IMG/VR virus record: IMGVR_UViG_2654587685_000006
DNA from: a virus
Lineage: Duplodnaviria; Heunggongvirae; Uroviricota; Caudoviricetes
Length of the DNA: 32,733 nt
Direction: 5' to 3' (one strand)
In this document: positions 28,463 through 32,733 of the stretch, piece after piece
Position numbering within the stretch: position 1 is the first letter of the stretch
Layout: each line of letters begins with the position of its first letter
The notes under the pieces: model-generated
What the model was told of the DNA's origin: nothing
Seen by the model: the letters and a program-made list of their open reading frames with translations, nothing else
The model's database searches: none
Position numbers and translations under genes: made by a program

Positions 28463-28957
28463 TTAGTTTTGCTGTTCTATTTTAAGCTTGATAGTTTCAT
28501 ACAAAACAATAGTTGCGCCTGTTTTACATAATTCCCGGCTGTCATACGCGCGAGACCAATAACACAACCAGTTCTCGAGATCTTCTCGAGTATAGGTTTT
28601 GCAGGCCAGTCCCTCTGCCATTTCCACGATTTCATCGCCTGGTGCTGTTAACTCATAGCCATTCAACAACAAGAAGACGTAACCAGCCATCATAGCTGTT
28701 CGTTTGTTCGCATTAGCAAACGGATGATTCTGAATCAGACTTTCAATCAATACCGATGCCAGTACAAACATGTCATTAGTCTGTTCATACCATCGAACCA
28801 TGCTGGGACGGGCCTGAGAAGAACTTAAGTTATCTGGACTCAGAACACCAACGGGCTCATCTGGCGTCTGTAATTCAATTAGGGAACGATTGATTTCAAC
28901 AAGATCATCAACCGTAAGGTAATGCACTCCTTCAACAATCTCAGCCATAGAGCACAA
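28463..28957 (-). CDS. Fic/Doc-family toxin (death-on-curing-like)
   Basis: 164 aa with HPFANANKRTAMMAGYVFLLLNGYEL, i.e. the Fic/Doc core motif HxFx(D/N)(A/G)NKR; preceded by a small ORF 10 nt upstream. Confidence 0.75.
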   Translation of the reverse strand: MCSMAEIVEGVHYLTVDDLVEINRSLIELQTPDEPVGVLSPDNLSSSQARPSMVRWYEQTNDMFVLASVLIESLIQNHPFANANKRTAMMAGYVFLLLNGYELTAPGDEIVEMAEGLACKTYTREDLENWLCYWSRAYDSRELCKTGATIVLYETIKLKIEQQN

Positions 28958-28966
28958 TACCCATCA

Positions 28967-29146
28967 TTACACTTTTGAAAGTTCTTCCATGGCTTTCTCA
29001 TAACGAGAAAAACCGAAATCAAAAGCATTTTTCACTTGTTCACGATGTGCGCAGTTTTCATCAATCGCTGGGCGAGGGACTGCCACAACGCTTTTATCGC
29101 GAGGCGGAATACTCAACCGCGTGTGTTTTTTGAGTGGGCAGCTCAT
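28967..29146 (-). CDS. Putative antitoxin partner of the Doc-like toxin
   Basis: About 59 aa (MSCPLKKHTRLSIPPRDKSVVAVPRPAIDEN...); sits immediately upstream of the Doc gene in typical type II TA arrangement; fold not determinable by eye; start uncertain. Confidence 0.45.
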   Translation of the reverse strand: MSCPLKKHTRLSIPPRDKSVVAVPRPAIDENCAHREQVKNAFDFGFSRYEKAMEELSKV

Positions 29147-29270
29147 ACTAATGAGTCCTTTTGTTTTCCGATTATTGGCAAAGCCATGCACCAAATTTGA
29201 TGCAAAATAGATCTGTTTGAGATCCTTAGGATAGTCTAATGGTAGCTAAAATTACAACCTCATTATGCGA

Positions 29271-29291
29271 CGAAAAACCCGCCGAAGCGGG
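29271..29291 (-). terminator. Hairpin terminator after hok
   Basis: Minus-strand CCCGC-UUCG-GCGGG followed by TTTTTCG. Confidence 0.45.
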
Positions 29292-29361
29292 TTAAGTGCG
29301 GGTGCGTTGAGGATGCCTGACACATCAGAGGTGGTGAGGGATTTCTCCCTCGCCTGGTCTC

Positions 29362-29517
29362 TTACTCCTCAGGTTCGTAAGCTGTGAAGACAGCGACCTC
29401 CGTCTGGCCGGTTCGGATTCGTACCTCGCAGAGGTCTTTCCTCGTTACCAGTGCCGTCACTATGACGGTTAAACAGATGACGATAAGGGCGATTAACATC
29501 GCCTTTTGCTGCTTCAT
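29362..29517 (-). CDS. hok: Hok/Gef family type I toxin
   Basis: MKQQKAMLIALIVICLTVIVTALVTRKDLCEVRIRTGQTEVAVFTAYEPEE: 51 aa, single TM helix, conserved Hok C-terminal motif; an in-frame upstream extension may correspond to a mok-like leader. Confidence 0.85.
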   Translation of the reverse strand: MKQQKAMLIALIVICLTVIVTALVTRKDLCEVRIRTGQTEVAVFTAYEPEE

Positions 29518-29808
29518 AGCCTGCTTCTCCTTGCCTTTCGGCACGTAAGAGGCTAACCTACATTTGTGAGACATAGATTGAGCCTCAGATTAATGTTAAG
29601 CGTCTTGCAGGACGCGTAATGTTAACTGGGGCTTTTCTCTATCTGCCTTTTGGTGTTCATGCCTGAGGCAGATAGCCTCAAGCACCCGCAGCAATTCTAC
29701 TTAACTCCCCTTTCACTGCAAACCGTTTTTATCCCCAGCGGCAAATCGAATACACAACAAGTGCTGCCGCCATTGCAATTCCTGTCGTTGTGAATGCCTC
29801 CGGCCAGG

Positions 29809-30231
29809 TCATCGTAAAACATCCTCCGCGCTTATCAGCCCATTCCGCTCCAGATACCCCATCGCCATATCCGGTAATTTGCAATCTGGTTTCGCTTTTT
29901 TCAACTGACTTACCAATTGTTTAACCAGCATTGTCAACTCTTCCTCATGTGAAAGTGATGCCGGTTGCGCAGCGTACAGGGGTTTTGGCGCAATGGCTGA
30001 GTGTTTTGCGTATGCCGCAACAGATTCAGCATTGAACAAAACCATATTGTGAGCACAGGACCATGCAACTGGCATTGCTTCAAGTGAGGCAAGCGCAATA
30101 CGGGCAAGCGCAAGATCCATTTCAATGGCAACTCTTGAAGTCTTAAACACGGTCTGTCGCGCAGCAAATTCCATGGATTTCACACTTTCATTAGCATGAG
30201 CAATCAATTGCTCTCTGGTAAATTTCGTCAT
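29809..30231 (-). CDS. Hypothetical protein (about 140 aa)
   Basis: Preferred start MTKFTREQLIAHANESVKSMEF...; family not recognised. Confidence 0.4.
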   Translation of the reverse strand: MTKFTREQLIAHANESVKSMEFAARQTVFKTSRVAIEMDLALARIALASLEAMPVAWSCAHNMVLFNAESVAAYAKHSAIAPKPLYAAQPASLSHEEELTMLVKQLVSQLKKAKPDCKLPDMAMGYLERNGLISAEDVLR

Positions 30232-30338
30232 ATTTTTCTCATCCAGTCCTGTCGCTATGCCTGCGCAACCATTACCCCACAATTACATCACAGGGGGTCA
30301 TGGTTGCAATTCAGTGGCCACCGCGAGATTCACATCAT

Positions 30339-30755
30339 TCACAATAAATCATAAAAATACACGCAATCACAGACCATAATAAAAGAACTGTTTCGGCCAC
30401 AATCACAAGACCTTCCCACATTTCTTTTTCCCACACCTCCTGAAACCAGAGAATCGGCATATCGCCCCCCCCTCTGAAAAACAACCACATGCCCTAGCTT
30501 CTCCGCCAGAGCCAGTTCCGCTTTAGCGCCTGCTGACCGCTGCCAGCCTTGCAGCATGTAAATCGCATCCACGCAACGAATCATCGCCATGCAGATATCC
30601 ATGTAGTGCGGCTGTGTCAGCCCGTCCGGAAGTACTGCCGGGTTTAAGACGGTATGCCCTTCCCGTTTCAGTTCCTCTTCCGCCTTGTGGAACGCCTCAC
30701 GGTTGAAATTTTTATACCCGGTCATTGGACCGGCGATATAGACTCTCACTCTCAC
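30339..30755 (-). CDS. DUF4406-like (nucleoside 2-deoxyribosyltransferase-like) protein, 3' end possibly frame-extended through a G8 tract
   Basis: GTG start with AGGAGG SD; N-terminus MRVRVYIAGPMTG...FHKAEEELKREGHTV...AKAELALAEKLGHVV; the last 40 aa after the G8 run are low-complexity and atypical. Confidence 0.5.
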   Translation of the reverse strand: MRVRVYIAGPMTGYKNFNREAFHKAEEELKREGHTVLNPAVLPDGLTQPHYMDICMAMIRCVDAIYMLQGWQRSAGAKAELALAEKLGHVVVFQRGGRYADSLVSGGVGKRNVGRSCDCGRNSSFIMVCDCVYFYDLL

Positions 30756-30855
30756 GCCATCACCTCCTGAAAATTACCCTGATAAAACGCCAGCACTCGC
30801 TGCATAACCTCGCTCTTCCTGTGTAAATACTTTTGCCATAAGCCCTCCCCAGGAA

Positions 30856-31620
30856 TCACTTTTCCGGCACAATACGACTGGAGGAATCGAAAATATGTCG
30901 AACAATATCCCGGTGCTTGTTCAGCTCCCGCAGCGCGGCGCAGACTCGCTCCCACTTCTGGACATGATTTTTCGCCCGACGCAGTTCGCGGTTTGCCAGA
31001 TGCAGCGATGGCAAAATCAAATCATCCGCCCGCGTTTCGGTAAACGATGGCAGCGACTGCACAATGTCCGCTACAGTATCCGCTTTAATTTCTTCCTGTG
31101 TTGCTGCTTCCTCCTGTACTGGTAACGCAACACCGGCTGGTTGAGGAAAGGCTTTACCATCAGTTTCCGCTACCGATGCTGCTTTCGGCTCTGCTGGTAA
31201 ATTATCGCCCGGCATGCAGTAACGAAATTTACCGTCCTGATTTGCACGAATCAGGCGTCCTTTGCTGATTGCCATTGCCAGCGTTGAAGCCACTTTGCGT
31301 GATGTGGTACCAAACAATGTAGCCAGCTCATCAGCCGTTTGTGGTCCGTGTTGTTCAATCGTCGCGGTTAAATCGCACTCTGAGATTTTCGCTACTGTCG
31401 CCGTGGAGGTTTCTTCCGGCAGTTCTGCCTGCGCTGGCTGTTCCTGCTGAACGTTGTTATCAGCCACACGCCAGGTGTACGCGCTTTTATCAACGAAACC
31501 AGCCTTTTTCAGTTCCCATAGTTCGTTCAGCACTTCTTCACGACTGATATCAAGTCGCGCAGCAAGTTCTATGGATGTGGCTTTTCCCATTGCTTTCAGT
31601 GCGTCAAAAACGGTTTCCAT
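30856..31620 (-). CDS. Prophage protein with N-terminal winged-helix-like domain (possibly DUF1627-like)
   Basis: [46 protein letters not shown]... followed by acidic/Ala-rich linker regions; family name from recollection only. Confidence 0.45.
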   Translation of the reverse strand: METVFDALKAMGKATSIELAARLDISREEVLNELWELKKAGFVDKSAYTWRVADNNVQQEQPAQAELPEETSTATVAKISECDLTATIEQHGPQTADELATLFGTTSRKVASTLAMAISKGRLIRANQDGKFRYCMPGDNLPAEPKAASVAETDGKAFPQPAGVALPVQEEAATQEEIKADTVADIVQSLPSFTETRADDLILPSLHLANRELRRAKNHVQKWERVCAALRELNKHRDIVRHIFDSSSRIVPEK

Positions 31621-31641
31621 TAAAATTTCCTCCGGACAAAA

Positions 31642-32388
31642 TTACTTCACAACCCTCAGGTGCCTGACATTCGAACGCCAGCTCTCCCAGTTAAAATTCA
31701 CCCAGCGACCACCGTTCATGACCATGCGGTCCATTACACGCTCACCAAGAAGCGTACTCATCGCTACGTGGTTCAGGTTTGTCAGCATTCCGACACTACG
31801 CATCGAAGCCGTTCTGCGGTCGACTATCTGGTTCAGCGTGACCTGCTCGTTGCGCGTATCCCGCTGCATTCCGATTTCATCCAGGACAAGCAGGTCAACA
31901 TCACACAACCCCTGTAAAAATTTTTCGCCTGAGTTTTTGTTGTCGTAGCTGTTGTGTAACGCCAGCATCACATCAGCCACCGTTATCACAATCACGCTGC
32001 GACCTTTCGCCAGAAGATGATTACCAATGGCGGCTGCAAGGTGGTTCTTTCCGGTACCCGGCTTACCGCTGAACACAAAATTCGTGCACCCGGTCATCAG
32101 TTCGTCAGCGATGGATTTTGCCTGGCTCAGCGCGTGTTTTTGCCCGTCATTCTGCACCTGATAATTCGCAAACGAGCATTTGCTGTGCAGAGGCTGGATG
32201 CCCGAACGATTCAGGATTTTCTCCACCCGCAACTGGCGATTCTGGCGGTTGATCTCCTCGCTACGTTTTCGCCCTTCTGCCAGTTGCCACTCGCGCCACT
32301 CGTCCACTGTCCGGTACGGCGCGATTACATGCTGCGGGGCCAGCTTACGGATACGCTCAAGAACACCACCTGCCGCGATATTTTTCAT
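31642..32388 (-). CDS. DnaC-like replicative helicase loader (AAA+ ATPase)
   Basis: Walker A GKPGTGKNHLAAAIG and Walker B LLVLDEIG; 248 aa; downstream of replication-initiator gene. Confidence 0.85.
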   Translation of the reverse strand: MKNIAAGGVLERIRKLAPQHVIAPYRTVDEWREWQLAEGRKRSEEINRQNRQLRVEKILNRSGIQPLHSKCSFANYQVQNDGQKHALSQAKSIADELMTGCTNFVFSGKPGTGKNHLAAAIGNHLLAKGRSVIVITVADVMLALHNSYDNKNSGEKFLQGLCDVDLLVLDEIGMQRDTRNEQVTLNQIVDRRTASMRSVGMLTNLNHVAMSTLLGERVMDRMVMNGGRWVNFNWESWRSNVRHLRVVK

Positions 32389-32394
32389 GGCCCG

Positions 32395-32733
32395 TTACCC
32401 CCTGAACCCCGGCGGAATTTCGGTATCCGGCTCAGAAATATGATTCACACAACGCTGTACAGACGAACGCCCCAGGCGGATAACCAGTTCATCCCATTTT
32501 TCGCGAAGCTTTGACGGACTCATGATATTTTTTACCCAGAATGGATCCCGCTGCACCCGACCAAACATTTCACAAATTTGTCTGTGAGTTCTGCCATCCA
32601 GCATCCGCATTGTGCGCACGTCGTTGGCCCATGCGGTCCAGTTGGGTTCTTTCGGTCGCGAAATCTCGCCATCATCGCTGGCGGCCTGCTCGTAAAGACT
32701 CACGATTCGCCCCCAGATCCACTGCGCACACGC
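32395..32733 (-). CDS. Replication initiator (O-like/replisome organiser), C-terminal part; 5' end lies beyond the window
   Basis: Reading frame is open to the window edge (the GTG at 32703 is probably internal); immediately upstream of and adjacent to the DnaC-like gene. Confidence 0.45.
   Translation of the reverse strand, partial: ACAQWIWGRIVSLYEQAASDDGEISRPKEPNWTAWANDVRTMRMLDGRTHRQICEMFGRVQRDPFWVKNIMSPSKLREKWDELVIRLGRSSVQRCVNHISEPDTEIPPGFRG

Overview
This window is a contiguous lambdoid (lambda-like) prophage segment with essentially every gene on the minus strand, so the phage map runs from high to low coordinates. From high to low: a partial replication-initiator gene and a DnaC-like helicase loader; a nin-like accessory region (winged-helix protein, DUF4406-like gene, hok type I toxin, antitoxin plus Doc/Fic toxin pair, DUF968-like protein, RusA resolvase); a Q-like antiterminator with a candidate late promoter and terminator; an orphan DPPY amino-methyltransferase; a tightly packed four-tRNA operon (Ile-CAU, Arg-UCU, a UUU-anticodon tRNA, Gly-UCC); a lysis cassette (two small multi-TM proteins plus an M15-type peptidase endolysin, no recognisable Rz/Rz1 spanin); a block of uncharacterised small genes; a lambda-type cos site; and then the complete lambda-like morphogenesis operon Nu1-A-W-B-C-D-E-FI-FII-Z-U-V-G/T-H-M-L-K-I-J-lom. 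Most notable are the UUU-anticodon tRNA, the 4x tandem 138-bp repeat in the C protease/scaffold gene, the toxin modules in the nin region, the uncharacterised gene block between lysis and cos, and two homopolymeric tracts inside coding sequence. All protein assignments rest on reading the supplied translations and recalling family hallmarks; no database search was run.
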